Below are positions 47,105-56,634 of a stretch of 64,000 nucleotides of DNA, piece by piece. Origin of the DNA: Candidatus Cloacimonadota bacterium (lineage in GTDB: Bacteria > Cloacimonadota > Cloacimonadia > G963667145); contig OY781092.1 in assembly GCA_963676615.1 (NCBI GenBank), positions 768,001 to 832,000 on the forward strand, written 5' to 3'. The notes below the pieces were generated by a model, which worked only from the letters and a program-made list of their open reading frames with translations, searched no databases and had not been told where the DNA came from. The translations under genes and the position numbers were made by a program. Each line of letters starts with the position of its first letter. Position 1 is the first letter of the stretch.

Positions 47105-48604
47105 TTACTTCACCTGCCTCATCTGCGGAAACAGCATCACATCCCGGATTGAGTCGTTTTCGGTCAAAAGCATTATCATCCTGTCCACGCCAATTCCCAA
47201 TCCACCCGTGGGCGGCATCGCATACTCCAGCGCCTCCAAAAAGTCGTAATCGACGGTGTTCGCCTCGTCGTCGCCCAGCTCCCGCTTTTTCGCCTGATCC
47301 TCCATCCGCGCTGCCTGCTCCATCGGGTCGTTCAACTCCGAAAAAGCGTTGGCAAACTCCTTTCCACCGATAAAAAGCTCGAACCTGTCGGTCAAGCGGC
47401 TATCGTCGCTCTTCTGTTTTGCCAGCGGCGAAATCTCTTTGGGATAGTCCACCACGAAAGTCGGCTGCACCAATTTTTCTTCCACAAAAGCGTCAAAAAC
47501 CTCCGCCAGCAAAGCTCCCGCTCCCATCGACGCTTCCACCTCAATATTTTTGCTCTTGCAAAAAGCCGCCAAACGCTCATAGTCCAAATCCGCAAAATCT
47601 TCGCCCGTAAACTCCTTCACCAAATCGACCATCGACGCCTTTTTGAACGGCGCCTCAACCTTGATTTTGTAGCCGTTAAACTCGAACTCGTCTTTGCTCA
47701 TCACCTCTTTTGCCACGCGCACAAAAAGCTCCTGCGTAATCTCCATCATCCCCTGCAAATCGCTATACGCCTGATACAGCTCAATCGCCGTAAACTCGGG
47801 GTTGTGCGTTCTGTCCACGCCTTCGTTACGGAAATTTTTGCCAATCTCGTAAACTTTTTCGTATCCACCCACAATAAGCCGCTTCAGATAAAGCTCGGTG
47901 GCTATCCGCAGAAAAAAATCTTTGCCCAGCGAATTGTAAAAAGTTGTAAAAGGCTTGGCGTTCGCGCCGCCATACAGCGGCTGCATCACTGGCGTATCCA
48001 CCTCCAAAAATCCTCGCTCATCCAAAATTTGCCTGATTTTTGCAACGATCTTCGCCCGATGCACGAAAGTTTGCTTCACATCGGGATTCAAAATAAGATC
48101 CAGATACCGCTTGCGATAACGAAGCTCCGTGTCGGCAAACTCGTCGAAACGCACCAACTGTCCGTCCACCTCTTTCTGCTTCACCGTCGGAAGCGGACGA
48201 ATACCTTTGCTGAGCATCGCCACATTGGTCACCTTCAGCGAAAACTGTCCAGTCTTTGTCACAAACGCAACCCCTTGAGCCTGCACAATATCGCCCAAAT
48301 CGAACAGCTTAAAAACCTCGTAGTTCGCATCGCCCGTCTCCTGCTTGCTCACATAAAGCTGCATCCTGCCACTGCTATCCTCCAAATCGGCAAACCCGAT
48401 CTTCCCCTGACGCCTGAGCGCCCGCAAACGCCCGCAAATCGTCACCTCTTCTTGCGAATCGATAAATCCCTGTTGGTCGCCCAACAATTGCCCAATATCG
48501 ACGCTCCGCCGACTTTCTATAGGATAAGGATTTACACCTAACTCTTTCAATTTCTGCAACTTCTGCTTCTTCAATCCGATAATCTGCTTGTCGTTATTTT
48601 GCAT
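47105..48604 (-). CDS. lysS: Lysine--tRNA ligase (class II)
   Basis: RYRKRYLDL, YGGANAKPF, LRIATELYLKRL, FRNEG, MPPTGGLGIGVDR. Confidence 0.97.
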   Translation of the reverse strand: MQNNDKQIIGLKKQKLQKLKELGVNPYPIESRRSVDIGQLLGDQQGFIDSQEEVTICGRLRALRRQGKIGFADLEDSSGRMQLYVSKQETGDANYEVFKLFDLGDIVQAQGVAFVTKTGQFSLKVTNVAMLSKGIRPLPTVKQKEVDGQLVRFDEFADTELRYRKRYLDLILNPDVKQTFVHRAKIVAKIRQILDERGFLEVDTPVMQPLYGGANAKPFTTFYNSLGKDFFLRIATELYLKRLIVGGYEKVYEIGKNFRNEGVDRTHNPEFTAIELYQAYSDLQGMMEITQELFVRVAKEVMSKDEFEFNGYKIKVEAPFKKASMVDLVKEFTGEDFADLDYERLAAFCKSKNIEVEASMGAGALLAEVFDAFVEEKLVQPTFVVDYPKEISPLAKQKSDDSRLTDRFELFIGGKEFANAFSELNDPMEQAARMEDQAKKRELGDDEANTVDYDFLEALEYAMPPTGGLGIGVDRMIMLLTENDSIRDVMLFPQMRQVK

Positions 48605-49005
48605 CAACTTTCCTCATTTATCTCTCTAATATTCTCTTTTTTAAAACTCAAACTCAACCTAATCGCGCCTTCTGGCAACAAATCGCTTGCAAGCTCTGGC
48701 CATTCGATCAAACACACGCCCTGCTCCATACACTCCTGCAAACCCAGCTCATACACCTCTTCCACCTCTTGCAGCCGATACAAATCAAAATGAAAAATCG
48801 GCAATCGTCCCTGATAACAGTTCATCAAAACATACGACGGACTCGTCACTGGAGCGCTCACGCCGAGCGCCTTGCAAAGCGCCTTAATCAAAAAAGTTTT
48901 GCCAACTCCCAGCGGACCTGTAAAAGTCACCACACTGCCCACGCTCAACTTTTTCGCCAGCTGATTTGCATAAGCCACGCTGTCTGCGGGCGTTTTTATC
49001 ATCAT
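48604..49005 (-). CDS. tsaE: tRNA t6A biosynthesis ATPase TsaE
   Basis: GPLGVGKT, VTSPSY, HFDLYRL, IEWPE. Confidence 0.95.
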   Translation of the reverse strand: MMIKTPADSVAYANQLAKKLSVGSVVTFTGPLGVGKTFLIKALCKALGVSAPVTSPSYVLMNCYQGRLPIFHFDLYRLQEVEEVYELGLQECMEQGVCLIEWPELASDLLPEGAIRLSLSFKKENIREINEES

Positions 49006-50282
49006 AATTGCAAAAGAAACTGCTTGAATCGTTTGTAATCAACACCCATCGGCAAAGAGACCTTTTCCCTTGACGCATAAGCCGCCAGCCGCTCTGGAAT
49101 TTTCGGCTTCTCGCCCAAAATCGACTCCATCTCCTCCAAAAATTTCGCAGGATGCGCCGTTTCGGCAAAAACGCCGTATTTTCCCGCTGGCAAAAGCTCC
49201 TTCAAACCCAAATAAGCAAAAGCCCCGTGCGGATCTAGCAGATAGCCAAACTTCGCCCAAACATCTTTAATCGCTTCGCGCGCCTGCGCATCAGAAAAAT
49301 CTGCACCCAACAAATCGCGGCGGAATTTTTCCAAATCGTTGCCGTAGAAATCGAACAAACGCCCAGTATTGCTGGGATTGCCGACATCCATTGCCGAGGC
49401 TATCGTGTGGATTGTCGATTTCGGCGCATACTCTCCCAAAGCTAAATATCGCGGCACAACATTGTTGGCGTTGCACGAAGCGACGATCTTTTCGACTGGC
49501 AGCCCCATCTCTTTGGCAAAAACGCACGCCGTGAGATTTCCAAAATTTCCGCTAGGGATACTCACCCAAAAACTTTCCTGCGGAATTTGAGCAAAAGCTC
49601 CAAAATAGTAGAAAGTTTGCGGAATCAGCCGCCCAATATTTATCGAATTTGCCGAAGAAACCTGCATTTTTTTTGCCAATTCGGCGTCGGACAAAGCAGC
49701 CTTTGCCATCGCCTGACAATCGTCGAAATCGCCAGCCACCTCCAGCGCCGTTATGTTTTGCCCCAAAGTCGTCAGCTGCTTCTCCTGCAACGGACTGACC
49801 TTGCCAGAAGGATAAAGAATCACGACGCGAATACCATCAACACCCAAAAATCCGTTGGCAACCGCACTGCCCGTGTCGCCAGAGGTCGCAACCACAATCG
49901 TAATCTGCTTACCCAGCTTTTTGTTCAACTCCCGTAGCAACCGCGACATAAAGCGCGCACCGAAATCTTTGAACGCCAAAGTCGGACCGTGAAAAAGTTC
50001 CAGCGAAGCGATATTTTGCTCAACTTCCACCACAGGCGCAGGAAAATTTATCGAATCTTGCACGATATCTTGAATTTGCGAATTGCTCAAATCCTCGTCC
50101 AAAAATGCTTTGGCTATCTCAAACGAAATCTCTGGCAGGCTCATTTTTTTGATTGCCGAGAGAAAGCCAGCCTTAGGCAAACTGCACGGCATATACAGCC
50201 CCTTGTCGGTCGGCATCCCCTGCACGATTGCCACGCTCAAATCGACAATCTGACTGCGGTTGTTGGTATTATAAAATCGCAT
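49002..50282 (-). CDS. thrC: Threonine synthase
   Basis: LELFHGPTLAFKDFG (PLP lysine), ATSGDTG, ANSINIGR, PSGNFGN, TAHPAKF. Confidence 0.96.
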   Translation of the reverse strand: MRFYNTNNRSQIVDLSVAIVQGMPTDKGLYMPCSLPKAGFLSAIKKMSLPEISFEIAKAFLDEDLSNSQIQDIVQDSINFPAPVVEVEQNIASLELFHGPTLAFKDFGARFMSRLLRELNKKLGKQITIVVATSGDTGSAVANGFLGVDGIRVVILYPSGKVSPLQEKQLTTLGQNITALEVAGDFDDCQAMAKAALSDAELAKKMQVSSANSINIGRLIPQTFYYFGAFAQIPQESFWVSIPSGNFGNLTACVFAKEMGLPVEKIVASCNANNVVPRYLALGEYAPKSTIHTIASAMDVGNPSNTGRLFDFYGNDLEKFRRDLLGADFSDAQAREAIKDVWAKFGYLLDPHGAFAYLGLKELLPAGKYGVFAETAHPAKFLEEMESILGEKPKIPERLAAYASREKVSLPMGVDYKRFKQFLLQL

Positions 50283-50306
50283 AAAACACTCCAAAATTTT
50301 ATGTAA

Positions 50307-50332
50307 ATTTTACCAATCGCTTTTTTTGTCAA
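50307..50332 (-). promoter_or_regulatory. Putative thrC promoter
   Basis: Minus-strand extended -10 TGgTAAAAT (50315-50307) with TTGACA at 50332-50327. The 14-bp spacer is short. Confidence 0.4.
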
Positions 50333-50442
50333 GAAAAAGAGGCGACTCTCTAGCAGGGGCAAGACACCTACTTTTTTTCTCTTAGCAGATTGATTTTCTC
50401 CAAGACGCCAAGGAGTGTCTTGGGCTTCCTGCCTTTCTTCCC

Positions 50443-50467
50443 TCATTCTCGCGGAAGCGGGAATCCA
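50443..50467. repeat. Short palindrome resembling the widespread GTCATTCCCGCG..GCGGGAATCCA REP-like element
   Basis: tcattctcgc-ggaa-gcgggaatcca. Confidence 0.6.
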
Positions 50468-50590
50468 TCTCCAACACCATTCTGAGAAATGGGGATGGGC
50501 GGTGGCGGGTTTAACTATTACCTAATAACTAATACCTGTCTGACACCAAAATAGAGGCTTATCATTTGCTGCTTATATTTTGGTGTCAGA
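50466..50590. repeat. 125-bp direct repeat, copy 1, ending in a 15-bp perfect hairpin
   Basis: Aligns without gaps to 50875-50999. Stem tctgacaccaaaata (50539-50553) / tattttggtgtcaga (50576-50590). Confidence 0.92.
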
Positions 50591-50874
50591 ACCCGATGAA
50601 GCGGGATGCCGCCTCGCCTGCTTGTGCGCCCAGTCTGGCGATAGGGCGGAAACCTCCGCTTCAGAAAAGACAAAAGACACGAACTGTTGCCTTTCAGCCT
50701 GCAACGCTAACCAAAGAAAACCAAAACCTTGCGAAAAACACACGGGAACGACCACACTTTATTCTTTCTGGTGACTCGGGCGTCTTTTGACATTGAAGCG
50801 GAGCGGTTTTCTTTTCTCCTCTATCTTTTCTTTGAGCGGTCAAAGAAAAGATGGAGTCCCGTCTGGTAAGACAT

Positions 50875-50999
50875 CATCTCTAACAGCATTCTGCGAAACG
50901 AATTTAGGCAGCGTTGGGTTTAACTATTACCTAATAACTTTTACCTGTCTAACACCAAAATAGTGGCTTATCATTTATTGCTTATATTTTGGTGTCAGA
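50875..50999. repeat. 125-bp direct repeat, copy 2
   Basis: Last 84 bp differ from copy 1 at 6 positions (counted by eye); the first 41 bp are more diverged. Confidence 0.92.
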
Positions 51000-51013
51000 C
51001 CTCTGCCTAATAA

Positions 51014-52075
51014 CTAAAAAAACGGCAAATACAGCTGCGAATACGCTTTTTTTTGCAGCGCATTCAGCCCGCCAGCCCCCACACCCAAAAGCCGCACGGG
51101 CTTCCCTTTTTGCCAATGATTTTGCAAAAGCCCAACCGCAGTTTTGAAAATCAAATCGAAATCGTCAATTCCAGCAAAAAAACTTTTGGTTCGGGTGATT
51201 ACCCGAAAATCGGCATACTTAATTTTCAAAACGATGCTTTTGGCTGTCCGCCCCTTTGCCTTGAGCTTTTCAGCCACCAAATACGTCAACTTTTTCAGCT
51301 CAAACTCCATCCTCTCTCTCGCCCACAAATCGTGCGCAAAAGTCGTCTCTTTGCCGATAGATTTCTGCTCTCTGGCGGGCATAACAGGTCGCTGATCAAC
51401 GCCTCGTGCCACCTGATACAAAAAAGTTCCGCTCTTGCCGAACTGACGAACCAAATCATTCATCTGCCAAAGCCGCAAATCGCCGCCGCTATAAATCCCA
51501 AGGCTTTTCATCTTTTTCGCCAAAACTTTACCGACACCAAAAAATTTTTCGATAGGCAAATTACTCAAAAACTCTTCCGCCTCTTCGGGCAAAATTACCG
51601 TCAACCCATCTGGCTTGTTCGCATCCGAGGCTAGCTTTGCCAAAAATTTATTGTAAGAAACTCCCGCAGAAGCAGTTAAGCCCGTCTCTTTTTTGATTTT
51701 CGCCTTGATATCACGCGCCAAAAGCGACGCCGATTTATTGCCCAAATAGCTAACATCCAAAAACGCCTCATCAATCGACAACGGCTCTACCAACGCGGTA
51801 AACTCCCGAAAAATCTCCATAATCTGCGCCGAAACGCCCCGATATTTGTCGAAACCGCCGTCGATGAATATCGCCTTAGGGCAAAGTTTTTGCGCCCGCA
51901 CGCAACTCATGGCAGAATGCACGCCAAAAGCACGCGCCTCATACGAACAAGTGGACACAACGCCGCGCCGATGCAAAGAGCCGATTATCACAGGCTTCCC
52001 CTGCAATTTTGGATTATCCCGCATCTCCACAGCCGCAAAAAAAGCGTCCATATCCACATGAATAATCTTTCGCAT
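51014..52075 (-). CDS. dinB: DNA polymerase IV
   Basis: IIHVDMDAFFAAVE, SYEARAFGVHSAM, SIDEAFLD, KFLAKLASD..KPDG, RLLGV. Confidence 0.96.
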   Translation of the reverse strand: MRKIIHVDMDAFFAAVEMRDNPKLQGKPVIIGSLHRRGVVSTCSYEARAFGVHSAMSCVRAQKLCPKAIFIDGGFDKYRGVSAQIMEIFREFTALVEPLSIDEAFLDVSYLGNKSASLLARDIKAKIKKETGLTASAGVSYNKFLAKLASDANKPDGLTVILPEEAEEFLSNLPIEKFFGVGKVLAKKMKSLGIYSGGDLRLWQMNDLVRQFGKSGTFLYQVARGVDQRPVMPAREQKSIGKETTFAHDLWARERMEFELKKLTYLVAEKLKAKGRTAKSIVLKIKYADFRVITRTKSFFAGIDDFDLIFKTAVGLLQNHWQKGKPVRLLGVGAGGLNALQKKAYSQLYLPFF

Positions 52076-52132
52076 AAATTTTTGCTAACTACCTTAAACT
52101 GCTAGAAATCAAAGCGTTACAGCTTCTAAAAC

Positions 52133-53062
52133 TTACAGAATCGCCGCAAGAATCGCTTTTTGAGCGTGAAGACGATTTTCCGCTTCCTGAAAAACCACCG
52201 ACTGCTTCGACTCGATTACCTCGTCCGTCAACTCGTGCCCACGATACGCTGGCAAACAGTGCATCACAATCGCCGACGGTTTGGCAAACCCCAGCAACTT
52301 TTTATCAATCTGAAAAGATTTAAACCGCTGGATTCTCTCCTTTTTCTCCGCCTCCTCGCCCATACTCACCCAAGTGTCCGTGCACAAAACATCTGCATCG
52401 TGCACCGCAAAGCGCACATCGTCAGTCAGCAAAAAAGAGCCGCCATTTTCTGCCGCCAGAGCTTTGGCTTTTTGCACATAATCTTCCCGCGGCTTGTAGC
52501 CAGAAGGCGCAGCCACCACCATCTCCATCCCCATTTTGGCGCAACCAATCATCAGCGAATGCGCCATATTGTTGCCATCGCCGATATAAACAAACTTTTT
52601 GCCGCTCAGATCTCGCCCAAACTGCTCTTGCATCGTGAGCAAATCCGCCATAACCTGACACGGATGCAGCAAATCGGTCAAACCGTTAATCACAGGAATG
52701 TCCGCATATTTGGCTAGCTCCAGCACATCGCTGTGATCGTAGGTGCGGATCATTATGCCGTCCAAATAGCCCGAAAGCACACGGGCGGTGTCTTTTATCA
52801 GCTCGCCTCTGCCAAGCTGCGTGTCTGCCGCCGACAAAAACAACGGATAGCCGCCAAGCTGATACATTCCGACCTCAAAAGAGACTCTGGTTCTGGTGGA
52901 ACTTTTCTGAAAAATCAGCCCAAGCGTCTTGCCAGCAAGCGGTTTATGCTCCTTGCCAGCCTTAAAATCCGCCTTAATATCGCGCGCCAAATCCAGCAAA
53001 TACTCAATCTCGGCTCTGCTCCAATCTTCCAAAGCTATAAAATCTCTACCCTTTAAATCCAT
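52133..53062 (-). CDS. argF: Ornithine carbamoyltransferase
   Basis: SSTRTRVSFE, HPCQ, GDGNN, WVSMG, MHCLPA, EAENRLH. ATG at 53062 preferred. Confidence 0.96.
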   Translation of the reverse strand: MDLKGRDFIALEDWSRAEIEYLLDLARDIKADFKAGKEHKPLAGKTLGLIFQKSSTRTRVSFEVGMYQLGGYPLFLSAADTQLGRGELIKDTARVLSGYLDGIMIRTYDHSDVLELAKYADIPVINGLTDLLHPCQVMADLLTMQEQFGRDLSGKKFVYIGDGNNMAHSLMIGCAKMGMEMVVAAPSGYKPREDYVQKAKALAAENGGSFLLTDDVRFAVHDADVLCTDTWVSMGEEAEKKERIQRFKSFQIDKKLLGFAKPSAIVMHCLPAYRGHELTDEVIESKQSVVFQEAENRLHAQKAILAAIL

Positions 53063-53119
53063 TTTGCGTCTCCTTCTTAATCTTCGTCGTTTCCCCAAAA
53101 TCGCCGATTTTTTCGCAAT

Positions 53120-54289
53120 CTAAACAATTTTCTCCAAAATCGCTATCGCCTTGTCCACATCGTGAACGCTCGTGTTAAGCGCCGGCAAAAACCGCAATGT
53201 CGAATCTCCGCAAGTGCAAAAAAACAGACCAGCCTCGGCACATTTTTTCATAATCTCTTTGGCTTTTGGCTCGTGCAACTCTGCGCCGATCATCAATCCT
53301 AAACCCCTTATCTCCTTGAACTTATCGCCTTTAATCTCCCGCAATTTTTGTCGAAAATAGCCGCCAGTTCTGCTCACACTCTTCAAAAAATCTTCATCCG
53401 CAATAACGCTCACAATCTCCTTTGCCACGCCGCAAACAAACGGATTTCCGCCAAAAGTCGAACCGTGATCGCCAGGAGAAAAAGCCGCAGCAACGCTATC
53501 TTTCGCCAAAATCGCACCGATAGGCAAACCGCCACCGAGCGCTTTTGCGCAAGTAATAATGTCGGGCTCAATTTGGCTGTGCTCATAAGCAAAAAATTTT
53601 CCCGTTCTGCCAATGCCAGACTGCACCTCGTCACAAATCAGCAAAATATTTCTCTTGCGACAAAGCTTTTGCAGCTCTTGCATAAAATCGGCAGGCAAAA
53701 CATTCACTCCGCCCTCGCCCTGCACGGGCTCCAGCAAAATCGCACAAACATCGTCGGTCATCTTCGCTTTGGCTTTTTGCAAATCGCACTCCACATAATC
53801 CACGCCCTGCAAAAGCGGCGAAAAATATTTGTGAAAATTGTCCTGCCCAGTTGCCGTAAGAGTTGCCAAAGTCCTGCCGTGAAAGGAGCCTTGCAAAGTC
53901 AAAATCTTGTTTTTCCCTTTGCCAAAATTTTTCTCAGCCCAAATCCGTGCCAGCTTCATCGCTCCTTCGTTTGCCTCCGCTCCAGAATTTGCAAAAAACG
54001 CCTTGTCGCCGCAGCTAAGCTCCACCAGCATTTGCGCCAGCTCGATCTGCTCCACCGTCCAAAAATAGTTGGAACAGTGAATAATCTTCTGCGCTTGCTG
54101 CTCAATTTTGGCGACCATCTGCGGATTGCAATGCCCAAGCCCATTCACCGCAATTCCACCCAAAAAATCCAGATACTGCTTACCCTGCACATCCTGCGCA
54201 AGATTTCCCTTGCCCTTATCCAGCACAATCGGCAGCCTCCCGTAGGTGTTCATCAAAAATTTCTGCCCTTTTTTTATTAGCTCTTGCAC
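53120..54289 (-). CDS. argD: Acetylornithine aminotransferase
   Basis: NSGAEANEGA, SFHGRT, EPVQGEGG, DEVQSGIGRTG, AKALGGG, HGSTFGGNP. GTG at 54289 follows an AGGAGA RBS. Confidence 0.93.
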   Translation of the reverse strand: MQELIKKGQKFLMNTYGRLPIVLDKGKGNLAQDVQGKQYLDFLGGIAVNGLGHCNPQMVAKIEQQAQKIIHCSNYFWTVEQIELAQMLVELSCGDKAFFANSGAEANEGAMKLARIWAEKNFGKGKNKILTLQGSFHGRTLATLTATGQDNFHKYFSPLLQGVDYVECDLQKAKAKMTDDVCAILLEPVQGEGGVNVLPADFMQELQKLCRKRNILLICDEVQSGIGRTGKFFAYEHSQIEPDIITCAKALGGGLPIGAILAKDSVAAAFSPGDHGSTFGGNPFVCGVAKEIVSVIADEDFLKSVSRTGGYFRQKLREIKGDKFKEIRGLGLMIGAELHEPKAKEIMKKCAEAGLFFCTCGDSTLRFLPALNTSVHDVDKAIAILEKIV

Positions 54290-54320
54290 TTTTTTCTCCT
54301 TCAAAAAAATATAAAAAATT

Positions 54321-54824
54321 TCATCTCATTAGGTAAAGCTTTGCACAAGCTCTGGCGTCGCTCAAAGCCTCGTGATGATTCAGCTCCACGCCCATTTTGT
54401 CGGCACAAGCCTTCAGATTTGCTGGCTTAAACCCTTTTTTTCTGTAAATCTGCAAAGTGCACTCCCAACGACTTGGCAAATTCAGCCTACGATAGTCCAC
54501 ACCAATCTCCTGCATATTTTTTTGCAACACATTCCGATCGAAACTTTCGTTGTGAGCCACCACCACATTTGAGTGCAGCAGCCTCTCCAAAATCGGAAAA
54601 ACCTGCGCAAAACTGGGAGCGTCAAAAGTGTCCGCAGCCGTGATGCCGTGCACCTGCGAGTTGTGATAGCTATAACGATTTCCCTTTGGACGCACCAAGG
54701 TGTAGAACTCGTCAACAATCTGCCTGTCCTTTACGCTCACCACCGCCACAGCACATATCTGATGCGCTATCGCCGTCTCAAAATCTATCGCCACAAAATC
54801 GGGCTTACCACAAAATTTTGTCAT
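54321..54824 (-). CDS. DEDDh 3'-5' exonuclease (DnaQ-like, stand-alone)
   Basis: AIDFETA, VAHNESFD, HHEALSDARACA. Confidence 0.9.
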   Translation of the reverse strand: MTKFCGKPDFVAIDFETAIAHQICAVAVVSVKDRQIVDEFYTLVRPKGNRYSYHNSQVHGITAADTFDAPSFAQVFPILERLLHSNVVVAHNESFDRNVLQKNMQEIGVDYRRLNLPSRWECTLQIYRKKGFKPANLKACADKMGVELNHHEALSDARACAKLYLMR

Positions 54825-54994
54825 AATCTACAAATTTTTCACCTCGCCTTAACAAAATGTTAGCAATAAATTCCTCCAAATTTGCCAAGAATTTTTTATT
54901 TTTTTCTAGCGAACTTCTTTCCTTCAAAAAAAAAATCGCCACTCAAGCAAGAGAAAACTCGCCAGGCGGCAATTTGAATAACGCTAAAAAAAAA

Positions 54995-55501
54995 TTACTC
55001 TTGATACAAAGGCGCAGATTTCGGCTCTTTCCCTTTCAACTCGCCGTGATAAAAAGCGTAGGTCATCGGCTGCAAACCGCTATCAAAACTCTTGGCGCCT
55101 TTTACCTCTCCCAAAAAAATCGTGTGCGTATGCACATCCACCGTGTCGGTCACCTCTAGCCAAATTCCACCCACGCAATTATGCGAAATCAGCGGAACCC
55201 CGCTTGGCGAGAGCTGATAGTCATATTTGGCGAACTTATCAAAATCCCTGCCGCTGCGAAAGCCGAAATTACCGATATCGATCATCTGCCACTTTGTCGA
55301 AACAATCGAAAGCGAAAACTTGCCGCTTTGCTGTATCAACTCGTGCGTAAAATTCTCCTTGTTAATCGAAACCGCCACAATCTTCGGGCTAGAAGTTATC
55401 TGAAAAGATGTGTTGGCGATTTGCGCGTTCACCTTGTCGCCGGCTGCCGCGCCCACGACATACATCCCATAGCTCAAGCTATATAACACCGCATTATCCA
55501 T
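54995..55501 (-). CDS. Flavin reductase-like protein
   Basis: LSYGMYVVG, NAQIANT.FQITS.P, FGFRSGRD.DKF, THTIFLGEV, PMTY..YH. Confidence 0.88.
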   Translation of the reverse strand: MDNAVLYSLSYGMYVVGAAAGDKVNAQIANTSFQITSSPKIVAVSINKENFTHELIQQSGKFSLSIVSTKWQMIDIGNFGFRSGRDFDKFAKYDYQLSPSGVPLISHNCVGGIWLEVTDTVDVHTHTIFLGEVKGAKSFDSGLQPMTYAFYHGELKGKEPKSAPLYQE

Positions 55502-55530
55502 CTTTGCCTCCATTTTTTTACTCAGAAAAA

Positions 55531-55560
55531 GAAAAGGGATCGCCAAATTTTTGCGACCCC
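55531..55560 (-). terminator. Putative terminator after rubredoxin
   Basis: gggatcgc...gcgacccc stem next to an A-rich run. Confidence 0.55.
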
Positions 55561-55573
55561 AAAAAGTTAATAT

Positions 55574-55711
55574 TTACGCCTTAGAAAACTGATCTTTGCC
55601 GACGCCGCAGACAGGGCAAAGCCAATCGGCTGCCAAATCTGCAAAAGCCACATCGCCGTTCTCCGCAGGATCATACACATAGCCGCACACATCACACACA
55701 AATTTTTCCAT
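55574..55711 (-). CDS. Rubredoxin (45 aa; below the ORF-track cutoff)
   Basis: Manual translation [45 protein letters not shown], with two CxxC knuckles and an AGGAG RBS. Confidence 0.95.
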   Translation of the reverse strand: MEKFVCDVCGYVYDPAENGDVAFADLAADWLCPVCGVGKDQFSKA

Positions 55712-55721
55712 CGTTATCTCC

Positions 55722-56255
55722 TTAATAATTTTTACTCAAAACCTCGAAATACGCTTTCGGATGCTTGCAAGCAGGACACTCTTCGGCAGCTTTTTCGCCT
55801 TTGTGAATGTAGCCGCAGTTCAAGCATTTCCACTCTGTAGGCTCAGATTTTTTAAAAACCACGCCATCTTTGATATTTTGCAAAAGTTTTTTGTATCTCG
55901 CCTCGTGTTTCGCCTCGATGTCGGCGATTCTCTCGAACATAATAGCGATCTCGTTAAAGCCCTCTTCGCGAGCCTCTTTTGCCATTTTTGGATACATCTC
56001 TTGCCACTCAAAATTCTCGCCCTCAGCGGCTTCCTGCAAATTCGCCATCGTATCGCCCAAAAGCCCCAACGCCTTAAAATGCAACTTTGCGTGCTCCTTC
56101 TCGTTCTCCGCCGTCTCCAAAAAAATCCTGGAAATCTGCTCGTATCCCTCTTTTTTGGCAACCTTGGCAAAATAGGTATATTTGTTGCGAGCTTGAGACT
56201 CTCCCGCAAAAGCTTCCAACAAGTTTTTTTCTGTCTTAGAACCTTTCAATTCCAT
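55722..56255 (-). CDS. rbr: Rubrerythrin
   Basis: [34 protein letters not shown]...CPACKHP. Confidence 0.95.
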   Translation of the reverse strand: MELKGSKTEKNLLEAFAGESQARNKYTYFAKVAKKEGYEQISRIFLETAENEKEHAKLHFKALGLLGDTMANLQEAAEGENFEWQEMYPKMAKEAREEGFNEIAIMFERIADIEAKHEARYKKLLQNIKDGVVFKKSEPTEWKCLNCGYIHKGEKAAEECPACKHPKAYFEVLSKNY

Positions 56256-56273
56256 CTTTTCCTCCTAAAAAAA

Positions 56274-56624
56274 TTACTGGTTAATATCGACGCTGCTCTC
56301 CCACAATCCGTGCAGATTGCAAAGACTAACAGCAAAAATTTTCTTAAACGCCCCTTTTTTGATATGCGTCTTCACATAAGGCACCGTGTTCTCTCTGCCC
56401 AGCTCGAACCTCGTGACAAAAACCAGCTTATCGTCGTTCGTCAGGGCGTGCAGCGCAATATGCTCGATAAAATGCCCTTCTGTGCTGGGGTGAAAAATCT
56501 CTTTACCCACTCGCACCGTCACAGACAGCTCGCCACAAGTGCCACAAGGACTCACCTCTATATATGGCAAATGTTTTTCGTTGCCATCAGCTTCCGATTT
56601 TTTCATCAAATTAGCCAAATGCAT
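56274..56624 (-). CDS. Superoxide reductase (1Fe-SOR/neelaredoxin type)
   Basis: EKH.P, HPSTEGHFIE and CNLHGLWE ligand motifs. Confidence 0.9.
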   Translation of the reverse strand: MHLANLMKKSEADGNEKHLPYIEVSPCGTCGELSVTVRVGKEIFHPSTEGHFIEHIALHALTNDDKLVFVTRFELGRENTVPYVKTHIKKGAFKKIFAVSLCNLHGLWESSVDINQ

Positions 56625-56634
56625 ACCTTCCTCC

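Noticed and set aside
50566..50790. Short ORFs (60-74 aa) within the intergenic element
   Set aside because: No RBS, non-ATG starts, no recognisable motifs, and they overlap palindromes.
50878..50919. attC-like ends (ctctaac...gttgggt) in repeat copy 2
   Set aside because: Only about 42 bp, shorter than known attC sites; not conserved in copy 1; no cassette ORFs or integron integrase.
50466..50999. Direct repeats as a CRISPR array
   Set aside because: Only two copies, 125 bp long with a 284-bp spacer, and no cas genes in the window.
50340..51013. T-box/riboswitch leader for thrC, or tmRNA, RNase P RNA or a group II intron
   Set aside because: I could not find the T-box, GAGGAAAGUCC, tmRNA-terminus or domain V signatures, and thrC has promoter-like motifs immediately upstream. 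An Rfam scan is needed to exclude these formally.
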